A model generated the notes under the pieces. That model had not been told where the DNA came from and made no database searches. It saw only the letters and a program-made list of their open reading frames with translations. The translations under genes were made by a program, and so were the position numbers. Shown piece by piece: positions 39,372 through 52,639 of a stretch of DNA of 64,000 nucleotides (position 1 is its first letter; each line of letters opens with the position of its first letter). The stretch comes from Podarcis liolepis (taxonomy: Eukaryota), in assembly GCA_965112155.1 (NCBI GenBank), contig OZ218103.1. One strand, written 5' to 3'.

Positions 39372-39953
39372 CTCTTCCAAAACCTCCAATGGAGCCATTA
39401 GTAACGGAGACGACAGCTACCAGTGTGACTCTCACCTGGGACTCAGGAAATGCTGACCCTATCTCCTACTATGTCATCCAATATAAGTCCAAGTCATTAG
39501 AGGGCACTTTCCGAGAAGTAGATGGTGTGGCAACCACCCGCTATAGCATTGGTGGCCTAAGCCCCTTCTCAGAATATGAGTTCCGCATTATTGCTGTAAA
39601 TAACATTGGCAGGAGTCCCCCTAGTGAGTTGGTGGATGCACGGACAGGAGAGCAAGCTCCATCAAGCCCACCCCTCAAAGTGAAGGCACGGATGCTGAGT
39701 TCCAGCACCATGCTGGTCCAATGGGAACAACCTGAAGAGCCCAATGGGATGATCCGTGGCTATCGAGTGTACTACACCATTGACCCCCACCTACCACTCA
39801 GCAAGTGGCAGAAACACAACACTGACGATCATCATCTCACCACTGTAGGAAGTTTGATAAATGGGGCCACCTATAGTATTCGTGTCTTGGCTTTCACCTC
39901 AGTAGGAGATGGACCCCCTTCTGATGCCATCCAGATAAAGGCCCAACAGGGTG
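39372..39953 (+). CDS. PTPRF: PTPRF exon, FNIII-1 and FNIII-2 (582 nt)
   Basis: ctttcag|CT CTT CCA AAA...CAG GGT G|gtatgt; (A)[22 protein letters not shown]...IQIKAQQG. Confidence 0.96.
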
Positions 39954-40341
39954 GTATGTATGTTTTGTGTGAGCTCTATTCCTTCTCTGTCCTACTGTTT
40001 CCAAGAGCTAATATTTTGAGCTAAGGTTGAGGTGTGATCCAGAGACTTTAGGGATTTGGTAGGCAATTTGTCCTTTTCAAATAGGTGTTCCAGCAGCACT
40101 CTGTTGCCAGCATAGTTAACAGTTGACTTAAGCATAGTTGTGGATACTTTGGTTAATCACTAGTTTGAGAAAGAACATAGTTGTCATTGTTTGAACCTGG
40201 AGCTTAGGAGAATGTGTTAAGATTGTGTTTATGACAATGCTATTGTTGAAGTGCGTTGATGATAGGGCTTGCACCTTGAAATTTTCTAAAGCTGCTCTGG
40301 AGTCCCCTCCCACAACTGACTCTTGTTTTATTGGTCTCCAG

Positions 40342-40475
40342 TTCCATCTCAGCCAGCTGATTTCCAAGCTGAGGCAGAGTCTGACACACGGATCATGCTG
40401 ACCTGGCAGCCAGCACCTCAAGAACGTGTCACCAAGTATGAGTTGGTGTATTGGGAAGAGACAGATGGGATCCAG
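40342..40475 (+). CDS. PTPRF: PTPRF exon, FNIII-3 first half (134 nt, phase 1-0)
   Basis: tctccag|TT CCA TCT CAG...ATC CAG|gtgagg; (V)PSQPADFQAEAESDTRIMLTWQPAPQERVTKYELVYWEETDGIQ. Confidence 0.95.
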
Positions 40476-41163
40476 GTGAGGGACAACATGACCCATTGGT
40501 GGTTAAAGACCTATACCAAAGTAGCCTATGGGTATGGGGCACTTATTTTTATATCTGTTAGAGTTAGGACCAGTATGATTGTTGTGGAAAATAGCATTTG
40601 CATGACTAGATATTTGTGCATCTGTGAGAATACTGCAATCCACATCCCATTGGATTATGAACCTATACCAGAGTTTCACCTCCCTATGATAGCTGCAAGA
40701 GCTCCTGCTCCTGCAAGAGCAGCAGTTTTGTTGGCAATCATATTGCCACATAATAGTTGGATCAGGCCTCAGAAGTTATCTGGCCTTTGAACCATTAGGT
40801 GGTGGCTCTGAAGTGAAGACCTATCACAACTTGTCTTCTATATATGCTAACTTACTCGCACTTACGTCAACACATACTTCATTAGCCAAAAGTTTCCAGT
40901 GTCTGGGAACTGAAAGTGATTCTTTTCTCATGGTTATAATGAGAATTCACAACATCTGTGGGGAAGTGAAATCATCTCCTTTAAATAATGGCTTACAGGG
41001 TTCCATAGGATGAGCGTAGATTGCTCTATTGCATAATTCCTAGTATGCAGTACTGGTAGGCATCTACGGCCAAGAGTCCAATAGTCAGGTGTCAATAGCT
41101 ATGTTATTCCCTCCTTCCCCCCCAATCTGAGTAAAAGAAAAACTTGCCTCTTGCCTTTTCTAG

Positions 41164-41308
41164 CATAAGGTGGACTTTGACCAGACCTCATCATATGCAC
41201 TTGAAGGGCTCAAGCCGGACACACTCTACAAGTTCCAGCTGGCAGCCCGCTCTGAGCTGGGCCTAGGGGTCTATACCCCAGTTTTGGAAGCTCGAACAGC
41301 ACAGTCCA
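41164..41308 (+). CDS. PTPRF: PTPRF exon, FNIII-3 second half (145 nt, phase 0-1)
   Basis: ttttctag|CAT AAG GTG GAC...CAG TCC A|gtaagt; HKVDFDQTSSYALEGLKPDTLYKFQLAARSELGLGVYTPVLEARTAQS. Not in the ORF track. Confidence 0.95.
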
Positions 41309-43546
41309 GTAAGTGTCTCTGTTTGGTTGAGATTGAGTGAGGGACAAAATCTTATTGCACTTTTGTATGAGAGTTAATGGAGAGGTTGGAACCAGTAGCA
41401 AGAGAAATGTGGAGAGGACAGGCCAGCTGTGGCTCTGATGCAGGGGCCATTTGCCCAGGGTAAGTCTTGTCCCATTGTCCTTCAGTCCATGCTTTCCCCT
41501 TTCAACAGGTGGACTCACAGATATGCTGGGCAAAGGGAATAGGTGGGAGAAGCTGATGAGATTTATTCCCTGTATCTCTGTGAGTTTACTGGCACATCCT
41601 CTTCCCCATGCAATTCAGTTGTAGTGGGTGTTTGATATCTGCACCTCGTGCATGCACCTTCCTACTGTGCATGTGCTCATACCCCAGTCAGAGACACCAT
41701 TGCTCGCCTTTTCCCTGCCCCTTCCAGACAATCATCTCTGTACAAGAGGAGCGATGCACACATTGCATTACTGCTACACCGCAGGCATTTGCAAGCCTGG
41801 AAGAATTAACTTGAGGGGGTGGTGGGATCTTTGCAAGTAGATTGAATGATTAATAGCTTCTTAAGGGGATGTGTGCTGAGTGAGGTGTGTGGTGCATGTG
41901 GATGCTTGACTTTTATGGAGTGGAAGGAGGAAGAAGACTGCTGCGTGGGTTTTGCTCCAAGGCTTTGAAGGCTTGAGGCAAACAGTGAAGTAAGTCAGAA
42001 GGCCAGATAAAGAGGTGACCCAAGCTGGATCACTTTCATTCTCTTCTGAGCCCATGTGCTGGTGGAGTAGGAGACCAATGCACCTTTATTGGCAGCTCAA
42101 AGTGCTGCACATAAGCAGATTAAAGCTATCAAAGAGCTCTGAGATAAGCTTGTTTTCACTAACGATTTTGGGGCTTGCTTTTATGCAAAAAGCATTAAAG
42201 GGGAAAAGAGAGACATTTTCATTTGTGCCATCTGTCAAGGATTTAGTGGCTGTGTGGGGCAAGCAATAGAGGAGGCAGCAGCCGCCCTCTCTGTGTGGAG
42301 CCAGAGAGTGCCTGGGATGAATCAGGGTGGGGAAGAACTGCTCCACTTATGATTGGAATGACCTTTCCTCCTTTCATTAGCACATCCATCATAAGAATTC
42401 CAACAGTCCTGTTTAACTTGCTCTTTAGCTAATGGGATCTTAGTGCCAGGACGATTGGACAAAAATATATGAAACAATATTCAGAGGGAGGCATCATAAA
42501 TATTTTACATTGGGGGACACAGACTGAATGTGGAGACTATTAATTGTTCTGTTAGCAGCTACTCATGGAGCATGTGTATTGATAGGCCATGACTGGGCAC
42601 TTGCCCAGCCATCATACTAACAAGGCATAACAGACAATATCCAAAGCAAATAGTAATGCAGATATCTCCAACCTGTGACTCATGCATAGCTCTGTGTAGC
42701 TGGGCCATGTTAGGAGTCTGTGCAAAGAATTTAAAGTCCAGCAATTAAAGGAAGGCTAATCCTGATGTTGTGCCATTTTAGCCATTCATGGATTCTAGTC
42801 CACAGGTAAAGGAAGAAACCTCTCTTCACACCTCCCAGGTGAGGGGTGAAGGCATGTAGTGCCAAAGCACATTTCCCTATGAAATGTAACATTTGGAGCA
42901 TGAATTAAGTGGCTATGATCACTGGGAAACCTGTTCTAAAGAGCCCATCAGTAGGAATTCTAAAGCTTACCCTTCCTTGAACAATGTCTGAAAACAGCTT
43001 TTTTTGCAGACCTGATGTGTTGTGAGAAACCTGTAGAATCCAAGTTTCTGCTAATTGATAGAAAAGTTAACGGGATTGCATGCCTCAAGACCAATTTCTG
43101 TTGAACATTTTTCTCATCTAGTCTTGCTTTTTTGCCATCACAGATTGCATGTGGAGGTGGTGAAGCATCTGAGTTTAACATAGGGCCATATGCTGATTTA
43201 GCAAACTACCAAGCTATATTTCTAAAGTGTTCCCAGTAGCATACTAAATGGTCTCTGGGGACAGAAGCAAGGGAGATCTCTCTGACCCAGAAGTCCTGTG
43301 ATACTGATCCTCCTCAGCAATGTTTCATACTATAAAAAGATAGGTGCTCTGGTTCCATCCCTGGCTATATCTCCTAGTTCCAGGTGTCTGTGCTTTAGCT
43401 TTTATGAGGGAATATAACTGCATATACTCCAGGCTAAACTACACAATTACACTAGTCATATTCACCCATGTGTAATGTTAGCCATTAGTCCCTTCCTCAT
43501 GGAAGAACAGTTTAGCAGTGGGAAATGGATAGAGTAGGAGTAGCCA

Positions 43547-43547
<1 letters not shown>

Positions 43548-43585
<38 letters not shown>

Positions 43586-43786
43586 TTATTATTTATACCC
43601 CGCCCATCTGGCTGAGTTTCCCCAGCCACTCTGGGCAGCTCCCAATCAAGTATTAAAAACAATACAGCGTTAAATATTAAAAACTTCCCTAAACAGCACT
43701 GCCTTCATATGTCTTTTAAAGATAGGATAGCTACTTATTTCCTTGACATCTGAAGGGAGGGTGTTCCACAGGGTGGGCACCACTAC
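43548..43786 (-). mobile_element. Short L2-type LINE 3' end with (TAA)n tail
   Basis: (TTA)n followed by tttataccccgcccatctggctg..., typical lizard LINE 3' end; possible TSD CCAAT at 43544 and 43786. Confidence 0.7.
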
Positions 43787-44512
43787 CAATAATAATAATA
43801 ATTGGGCCCAAACTCACATCAACCCCAGCCAGCATGACCAATGGTCAGGGATTTTCGGAGTTGTAGTCCACAACATAGAGGAGACCACATTGGTCACCCC
43901 TGTGGTATAGGACAACAGTGCTTTACCTTTCAAGTTGTTTTCCCCACTCAACCCCAATGGAGTTCAAGGTTTGTGCTTGCAAGGTAAACACATTCAGTGA
44001 AACAGACAAGATGAAAACGGTGGGGTGGAGTTTGAGGGAAAGGCAGCTAACAAGGGAAGGATTAAGCAACTCAGGCAGGACATGATTTTTGAAAACTTGG
44101 GATCCAAGGCTGCCCCTGGCTCAAATGAAAACTTGAAGCCATTTTTTTTCTGTTTTAGAAGAATAGTTTGCAAAGGCAGATATGGGGAATCCTGACCTTA
44201 ATTGTTGAACAGCCCAAATAAGATGCTCCTCTAATCACACATAGGATCTATGTCCTTTGATACATTATCTCTGGGGAAAATGCTGCCACTCCTAGTATTT
44301 TTCTTGAGGATAATATCATGTTGAGAAGATCAGTCATATGGTACTAAACATAGAAACATTGAAATTAGGTTACCCAGTGCTCATCACACAAGTGATTCTC
44401 ATAAGCATGATTTAGAGGCACTTACATTTCCAGGGAGGGCATAACCTGAGAATAGTGAATGGGTTCATTTTGCCTCTGAGAATATTTGTGTGTGTCATGG
44501 TTCAAAATGTGT

Positions 44513-44513
<1 letters not shown>

Positions 44514-44543
<30 letters not shown>
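44514..44543. repeat. (GT)n microsatellite
   Basis: Direct read. Confidence 0.95.
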
Positions 44544-44546
<3 letters not shown>

Positions 44547-45769
44547 CGCACGTGCATATTGGTGTGCATTTCTTTCTCATGTACTTTTCCCATGTATTTT
44601 GCTTGTGTTGCTGTGTTTTATTTTGTCCTCTGATGTTAAGCTGCAGCTTATTATTGGCACTATTCAGGTGTGACTCTTACCCAGCCATCAGTAGAGGTGG
44701 GAAATCACTATGTCTCATGTGTTGATCCATTTATTATGCTTGCTGATATTTCTTCTGCTTCTAGTTGCTGAGAGCTTTGTCAAGTGAGGCCTGTTCTCCA
44801 AAATCTCCAAATTCATTAGTAAAAGGATTGTTTCCAGTTAATTTAGGCTCTCTTCTTGTCTGCTTCTCATACCCCATGTATCCTTCTTGGGTTATACCTA
44901 TATTCACTTTGTCTACTTTCCTGCATTGCCTTGGCTTTCTTTCTTTACTCTCTACCTTTCAGGTCCACCTCAGCAGTGTTGTTTGTAGTACTTTTTTTAC
45001 CTCTTTAGGAACCTTCCTCATAGCCTTAGGAGCCTCCAGTTCTGTGCCCTGCTCCCAGGTTTGGAGCAATATGTCAGATGCAAAGAATCCAGTTCTCCAG
45101 GATTGCTTGCTTGCCAGTTAGTGTACAGTCAGACTGTCCTCAGAAGATGTATATTCCAATAGCCTTCCTCAACTTGAGCATCATCAGGTTTTTCAAGGAA
45201 CAAAACAACACTGTCCTTACTTTTCTTCTTGGTTTCAATAATTTTCATACTTCAGATTCTTCCTTCTTGATTCCTGCTCTCCTATTCTCATCTGTTACTT
45301 ATCCTATTGATCTCACATCTGTCTAAGTCTTGTACTTTCTAGTTCTCTCTTCTTTTTAGGCAACCTCTACAGAGGAGGCTAGGGGAGAATTAGCTGTGGG
45401 GTCTCAGAGCGGGTAATCTTCATGAAAGCGGATGGGGAGGGAACAGAAGGAAATAATAGATCAAGCTCAATTCAAATTAAAGGCCAGGCGGAATAGCATA
45501 TCTGCTTGCCAGATGGAATAATATCACTTCTACTCCCCCCCCCACTGCACCCAGTTCTGGGGGTTCACCCAATCCCCCAGAGTAGTTGGTGGGGTGCACA
45601 GGTAATGAGAGGGAATAGCCAGACGACTATTCAATTGAATCGGGCCTAGTGGGTTTTGTTCTATGTTTATTGAGGCTCTGTTGGCTGGGTAAGAGCTCCC
45701 TGTAAATTATGTATTTTGCCCAATCATTTCCCCTCATCTCCCCACTTGCTTCATTTTATTTATCCCTAG

Positions 45770-46075
45770 CCCCTTCTGCCCCACCCCAAGAGGTCGTGTG
45801 TGTAAGCACCAGCTCCACCTCTATCCGGGTAAGTTGGGTACCACCACCGGCTCAGAGCCGCAATGGAGTCATCACACAGTATTCTATCGCATACCAAGCG
45901 GTGGAAGGAGAGGACAACAGCAAGCGTGTGGTTGAGGGCATTGGACACGAGCATTCAAGCTGGGAGATCAACAGCCTGGAGAAATGGACAGAGTACAAAG
46001 TGTGGGTGAGGGCTCACACAGACGTGGGTCCTGGGCCAGAGAGCATCCCGGTCTGGGTTCGCACTGATGAAGACG
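45770..46075 (+). CDS. PTPRF: PTPRF exon, FNIII-4 (306 nt, phase 1-1)
   Basis: atccctag|CC CCT TCT GCC...GAA GAC G|gtaggt; (T)PSAPPQEVVCVSTSSTSIRVSW...VRTDED. Confidence 0.96.
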
Positions 46076-47669
46076 GTAGGTTCCCGACCCGTGACTGAAG
46101 GTAACAAGGGCTCTTTTGGGTCCTGCCAAAGGAATAGCATTTGTAGTGCTGTTCTCGGCTCTACAGAAAGGGGGGTCTAAATGTAGTCAATAAGAATGAA
46201 GGGGTTAATATGTATGAAATATAATCAAAATGCCTGCTTCCTACATGAATCTGTTCCTCTTCTCTATCACATGGGCAAAGCAGCTCTCTATCAAGGACAT
46301 TCTGAAGCAAAAATTGCATTGTTATGGCTAGTCTGTCAGATATGTCATGCCAGTTTAAATCTCTTCTGTAGAAAGTGCCAGTCCTTGCACTGTCAGAAGG
46401 CACTTCCCAGGCTGCATCCTTGCCTCAGAGACCAGAAAGTGCACAGAGAGGCAAATAGAAAAAAGGAGCCACTCAGTAAACGGAGAGCAGGCATACTTCA
46501 GTTGTACCACCCATGCTGTGCTGTTGCTTGCACCACTGCAACCCTGTAAAGCCTTGCATAGCAATGTTCATTGCCTACTTCTGAAGCTTGCTTGCACATC
46601 TGTATGTCCTGCTGCCTGAATTGTTTGCTTCAGTTCTCATTTAGCAAAGCCTTAGCCGGAGGGACACTGCTACCCTAGAAATGTCGCAGCAAGCTCTCTG
46701 CATAAGTTTGAGGGCCGTACAGTTGGCTCTTCCAGCTAAGCTCTCTGTCAGGAGTGGTTTTAAAACCTTCTGATGCACTCATTTTTCACAAAAAGGGGGT
46801 GAGAGTGCTTTTTGAATCTTGAAATATTACTGGTAGCTAATATACCCTCCTCATAATTGGGGCGACCTCCACTGACCCAACAATTCAGTCCCTTGGCAGC
46901 TGCTGTTAGCTTAAGACTCTGCCCTTTATCGGCAGGTATAGGTAAGTCTCATGATTGCTGTGCCTTGACAGAACCGTCACAAGCACTTTCCCAGCCATGT
47001 CTAACTGTTGGAGCAGAAGGGGGGTGTTGTCCAGTTACTACACTGCAATGTAGTTTGCTTTCCACTCATTTTTCGGATGAGGAATAACCATCAGGGAAAG
47101 ACACCCCATTTTGCAGTTTATGGAGAAAGATGGAATGAGGTCCATGATCCCCTTTCTCATTCACCGATTAGGCTTGCCTCCTCCCCCTGCTAATATATGT
47201 ATCTTTCCCCTCTGTGCTCCTCTTCAAGTAATTATCTGCAATTAAGAGTGAGATCTGTGGAAACAACCAGTTGCCAGAGGGTGAGCGGCTGCCTTGCCTG
47301 CCTGCCGAGTGTCTGCATAGAACAGTCCTTACAGGTTCCATCCAGTTCTCTGCCCCCAATTAACCTTGTTCTGCACTAGCAAATGGGACACAGTGTGTTT
47401 ACAGGGGCTGTGGATTTCCCCTGCAATAACAGAATTCTGGTCTTTTTTTTTTCAAGCAAATTCTGAGTAGCAATAGAGCAAGGGTACTCTCTGGAAGGAA
47501 CACTGCTCTCGGAAATCATTCTGTAAGCTGAATGGCCAGCCAAGAATAAGAGTCTCCTAGGACTGCCTTCCTCCCTCATTACCAGCCTCCCACTTTAGGC
47601 TATAGAGCAGCTGACCTTAGAGCAATTTTGATAAATTTAATAAATTTTCATCAGTGGCAGCATTTGGAC

Positions 47670-48500
47670 ACAGTAAATCATTGATTTCAGTCCAGTTTCA
47701 GGCCCAGACTTTACACCAAAAAGCACCTTAGTCCCCCTGGTTGATGACATTTGTTGGGAAACAGATGAGGGGAGTGTAATCCTACTTGTTCTCCTTGATC
47801 TTTTGGTGGCTTTTGATACCTTTGACCGTGGTATTCTTCTGGAGCAACTCCAGGGTTTGGAGGCACTGTATTACAGTAGTTCCACGTCTACCCTTGGAGC
47901 TGTTTCCAAAAAGTAGTTATGTGGTAGCTATTGCTCTGCATCATGGGAGCTCCTGGAAGGAGCAGTCTGGGAGTACTCTTGGATCCAAGATAGTCAATGG
48001 AAGCTCAGGTGTCATTAGTGGCTAGGAAGACCTATTTCCAACTATATCTGGTTTGCCAGCTACAGCCCCTTTTGCGCAGAGCTTACTTGGCTACTGTACT
48101 CTATGCTCTGGTGATTTCCAGATTGGATTATTGCAATGCTGGGCTGCCACTACTTAGAAACTTCAAATGCAGCAGCCAGATGGGGTTCCATTTCGAAACA
48201 TAACCCCTGTTTTAAAACAGTTGCCAGTTCATTTCCAGGGACAAGGTGCTCATATTAGTGTCTAAGGCCCTAAATGATGGGCCCCAATTAACTGAAAGAC
48301 TGATTTCCCTACAGACCATCTCAGGTGCTAAGATCAGCATGGGGGCCCTCTTGGTAGTTCCACCACTCTCAGAAATTTGGACTTATTAGTGACCTTGGTG
48401 AGAGTCTTCTTCGTGGCTGCCTCTACACTGTGTAATTCCCTTTTCACTAGATTGTGTCTAGCACTTCCATTGTATAGCTCTCATCATGGAATCGAATAAA
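47670..48500 (+). mobile_element. Degraded L2-type LINE RT region with internal deletions
   Basis: QS(G)FRP..., LVDD, LLVLLDL-AFDT-D-GILL and YALVISRLDYCNA motifs; similar to 20250-20975. Confidence 0.75.
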
Positions 48501-48879
48501 TAATTAAAGATCCCCATAGCTAGGGGTTGTGGTTTGCTTTTCCATTCACTAATAAGGAGGTATGAAGTGGACGCTCCTGGCATATTCATGGTAAATCATT
48601 AACTATGTTCCCATTGTGCCTGTAATATGTCCACTCATTGATATGTATGTATTGGGTTGTGTGGATACTAGTAATCTACACAGAGCTTTGCATCTCCTTA
48701 TGCCACACCTTGAATAGCAGGACAGCTTAGTCCAGCAGTACAATCATGGATATTTGCCATTCACTCTACTGTGAATTCTGCTTTGTAATCTGGGGTGATG
48801 TGTGCAACAAAATGTGTGTCTCCTCCACCCCAGAAGCAATGCTGTTGTCTCTGATGAAATTTTTTCATGTGCCTTCCAG

Positions 48880-49073
48880 TGCCCAGTGCTCCACCTCGGA
48901 AAGTGGAGGTAGAATCAGTGAACTCCACAACCATTCGTGTTACCTGGAAGTCACCTATCTCTAACAAGCAGCATGGCCAGATCCGAGGCTACCAAGTCAT
49001 CTGTGTGAAGCTGGAGAATAATGAGCCAGTTGGGTTGCCTATCATGAAAGACGTCATGGTAGCAGAGTCCCAG
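48880..49073 (+). CDS. PTPRF: PTPRF exon, FNIII-5 first part (194 nt, phase 1-0)
   Basis: ccttccag|TG CCC AGT GCT...TCC CAG|gtatat; (V)[22 protein letters not shown]...KDVMVAESQ. Confidence 0.95.
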
Positions 49074-50083
49074 GTATATCCTGGTATGAGTGGGATGGAT
49101 GGATGCATGCATGGACAGACAGAGAAATAATATATTTTGGAGAAGGGTCTGTATTTGCTTTGTCGTGGGCTTTTTCACTTTATATGGTTAGAGAGAAAGA
49201 GAGCTATATTATGGCAAAGAACATGCATTTTCTTTGTTACAGGTTTCCTTACTGTAGTTGAGAGCCTAAAACAAATTTTGGGAGAGAACGATGTGGAAAG
49301 GGTTGAGATGGAATGAACTGGGAGTATCAGGGAGCAGGACAAGGCAGACGTTTCTGGGACTTCTACAGTTGCAGTCTAGGTGTGATCATTTGTGAGCTAG
49401 ACTATTTGAATGGCACCCAATAGGATTACTGGAGAGCTATGTTGACTAATTAATAAATCTCATTAATACAACACTTGATTCATTTGCATCTTTCTCAGCA
49501 GGGAGTAAAGCACAGCCAACCCCCCAAACACACATACAACCACTACCCACCCCACATACAACCCAAACCCACCCACCCCAACAAGGACTGTGTGTGGGGG
49601 GGGAATAAAGTGAGACAAAGACCTGCTAGCTCAAGACTTCACTGCTCAGCTTAGACCATCATGATTCCTACAGACTTTGTCGAATTTTTGTATTTGTGAA
49701 GCAGCCCAATGCCTCTTCCAATTTCCTCAAAGTTGTCCTTTAGGCTGGTGAAATTAATCATCAACTTGCTGCCGTGCTCTTTTGGTCTTTGGGGTTAAAG
49801 ATTTGGTCCCAAGTAAACTATGCTGTTAATCTCCTCTAAATGAAATAACTTGATTGCATTTGCTTTTTGAACTGGGGGGGGGGGGGTCCTCTGTTAGAGA
49901 GAAAATGAACCTTCCTGGGCATTAAGAACAGATTTCACCACTGTTCTTTTAGAACACTAAGTTTGCAAGTGCATGTTCCATGGTCTCCTGTCCTTCATGG
50001 GCATGTCTCTGCATTAGTGTTTCCCCATATGGCAGAGATCAGAGGCTAGCTAATGTCCCTTCACATCTGTCCTTTGAAAGGTA

Positions 50084-50433
50084 AAGGTACCCCTGCCCGT
50101 ACGGGCCAGTCTTGACAGACTCTAGGGTTGTGCGCTCATCTCACTCTAGAGGCCGGGAGCCAGCGCTGTCCGCAGACACTTCCGGGTCACGTGGCTAGCG
50201 TGACAAAGCTGCTCTGGCGTGCCAGAGCCACACACGGAAACACCATTTACCTTCCCGCTAGTAAGCGGTCCCTATTTATCTACTTGCACCCGAGGGTGCT
50301 TTCGAACTGCTAGGTTGGCAGGCGCTGGGACCGAGCAACGGGAGCGCACCCCGCCGCGGGGATTCGAACTGCCAACCATACGATCGGCAAGTCCTAGGCG
50401 CTGAGGTTTTACCCACAGCACCACCCGCGTCCC
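50084..50433 (-). mobile_element. Sauria SINE, essentially full length
   Basis: (ACCTTT)n tail, tRNA-like head with B-box (GGTTCGAATCCC-like) on the minus strand, CpG-rich (young); 14-bp TSD TCCTTTGAAAGGTA at 50070-50083 and 50437-50450. Confidence 0.92.
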
Positions 50434-51865
50434 TTCTCCTTTGAAAGGTAGAAATGCATTATAGTAGTCTGCTGCCATATCTTGCTGAGTTCCTAGATTC
50501 TTCCTATCTTACTTCCCTTCCAGGGTAAATTTATATAGAAAGGGGTTCCATAGGTTCAGTTGACCTTGTTGAAGGTGGGAACTGAGGCCCTATGATGGGG
50601 AAACATTTCCTTGTGTGTGTGCCCCCCCCCGGTACTTCTTTTGTTCCCTACCTATGGCTACAGTGCTAAGTGCTTTTATCATGCACATTTTATTGACTCT
50701 GATATTCCTCAGCCATGTGACTGGGAGCGAGTCCCAACAGAGTTAAGAACCAATTATGTAATATTTCTGAGCCTGGCAGGTTAGACTGCCACCTCATCCC
50801 ACTCCACCACTGTCTTCCACTTGGACCTTGGAGACAGAGGCAGGGAATCTTCAGCCCACCTGGGAGGTTTGCTTGCCAGGCTGTTTTGGGCAAAGAATGC
50901 CCTTTCCCACTCCTCCCCTTCCCCCTTCAACTGCCCATCCATCCATCATATTAGTTGGGACCAGGAGGGCTGCCTTACCATGTACACACTTTCCTGCTTC
51001 CTGGAACACAAAAGCCAAATAAACCTTGCTGTCTCTTAGCGTAGCTACACAGTCTGAGTAACTCATTGCTCAGATGCAGACCAAGTTGGATTTGACCATT
51101 CCTGCTTCGCTGCTTGCCTCTAGCCCTGGCATTGCTTCATTCTGATTTACTTCCTGATGCCATGCTTCATTTATTTCTTATGTGATCATCCAGTTTCCGG
51201 CTGAGATACTTCACAGTATTTTGTAGAGCTCATGCCTTAGGCCAATCCTGGCTCAGTTCATCCTTGGATTGGATCTGGGCTGTTTTCACACCTTGTACTT
51301 TGATACTGTGTGGTATCAAATAAGGCATCTAACAGTAGAGTCTCTTCTCAGACTGTCTGATTTGCAGCCACAGGCTTCCCTCCTTATGGAAATGTTCACA
51401 CATAGAGGCATAGAGACAAAGACTATATAGATGGAACAAATAAACTTGGTCAGTTTATTCAGATGACTATAAGAAAATGAAGCTAATGTCTGCCATTTCT
51501 TACAATCCCATACACACTTAAGATTATGTATTAAAATTACATATGGGAGCTTTCAGGAAGCCATAATCAGGTCAGAGAACAAAAATGAACAAGATTTCCT
51601 AGCCCTCGTATATGTAGGTAAGGAAAAATATGAATGTGTAGGAAGCGCCTGAAATTTACCCATCAGTTAGAAAAGGGTGGATTTGTCTTCCAGTACTTAG
51701 TGTTACTGTTTTGAAGTCAGGTTACACCCTCCTCCCTATTGTGTTTAGCATCTCACAATTAATTTAAACCACAAGAATAATCTAGGTTATCAAAGCACAA
51801 TAATTTGGTACAAAATTCAGTTGGGTGTTACTATGTCTTTAGTTTATCTAGCTCCATATTTAGTA

Positions 51866-52420
51866 TTCACAGGAATACGCAAACGGGATGTTGTAGAGTT
51901 GGAAAAGGCTCAGAAAAGGGCAACTCCCCTGTGAAGAGCAGTTGCAGCATTTGGGACTTGGAGAAAGGGAGAGTAAGAGGCGAAACGATAGAAGTCGATA
52001 CACTTATGCATGGCATTGAGAAAGTGGACAGAGAAACATTTTCCTCCTCTCTCATAATGCTAGAACTTGTGGACATCCCGTGAAGCTGAACATTTGAAGA
52101 TTCAGGACAGAAAAGAAAGTACTTCTTCATGCAGCACATAGTTGAACTATGGAACTTGCTCCCACAGACAGCAGTGGCAGCCACAACTTGTGTGGCTTTA
52201 AAAGAGGTTTAGACAAATTCATGGAGGACAATGCTGTCAATGGCTACTAGCCCTGAGGACTGTGTTCTGCCTCCACTGTCAGAGGCAGGATGCCTCTGAA
52301 TACCAGTTGCTGGGAATCACAGGAGGGCAGAGTGCTCTTGCACTCAGGTCCTGCTTGGAGGCTTCCCACAGACATCTGGTTGGCCACCATAAGAACAGGA
52401 TGCTGGTCTAGATGGGCCAT
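51866..52420 (+). mobile_element. CR1 LINE 3' fragment, same family as the 8606-11012 host
   Basis: Aligns by eye to 9645-9714, 10165-10360 and 10800-10980 (e.g. HGIEKVDRETFSS vs HSVEKLDRETFFS). Confidence 0.85.
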
Positions 52421-52484
52421 GTTAAAAAGCTGCAAGTCTTCAGAATAGAATAAGAGCATAGGCAGCTGTATTATACTTATATCA

Positions 52485-52639
52485 CATCCACACTGTATGT
52501 TAAAAGCACATAGTGTCTCCCCCCCCAAAAAAAAATAATTCTGGGAACTGTAGTTTGAATTTTTGCTCTATGAGGGATAAACTACAATTCCCAGGATTCT
52601 TTGGGGGAAGCCCTGTGCTTTAAATGCATGCTGTGGATG
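52485..52639. mobile_element. Palindromic MITE-like element
   Basis: catccacac...aaagcaca...ctgggaactgtagttt pairs with aaactacaattcccag...tgtgcttt...tgtggatg. Confidence 0.7.

Noticed and set aside
40342-40475. Exon one codon shorter than the human equivalent as I recall it
   Set aside because: In-frame loop indel; ordinary divergence
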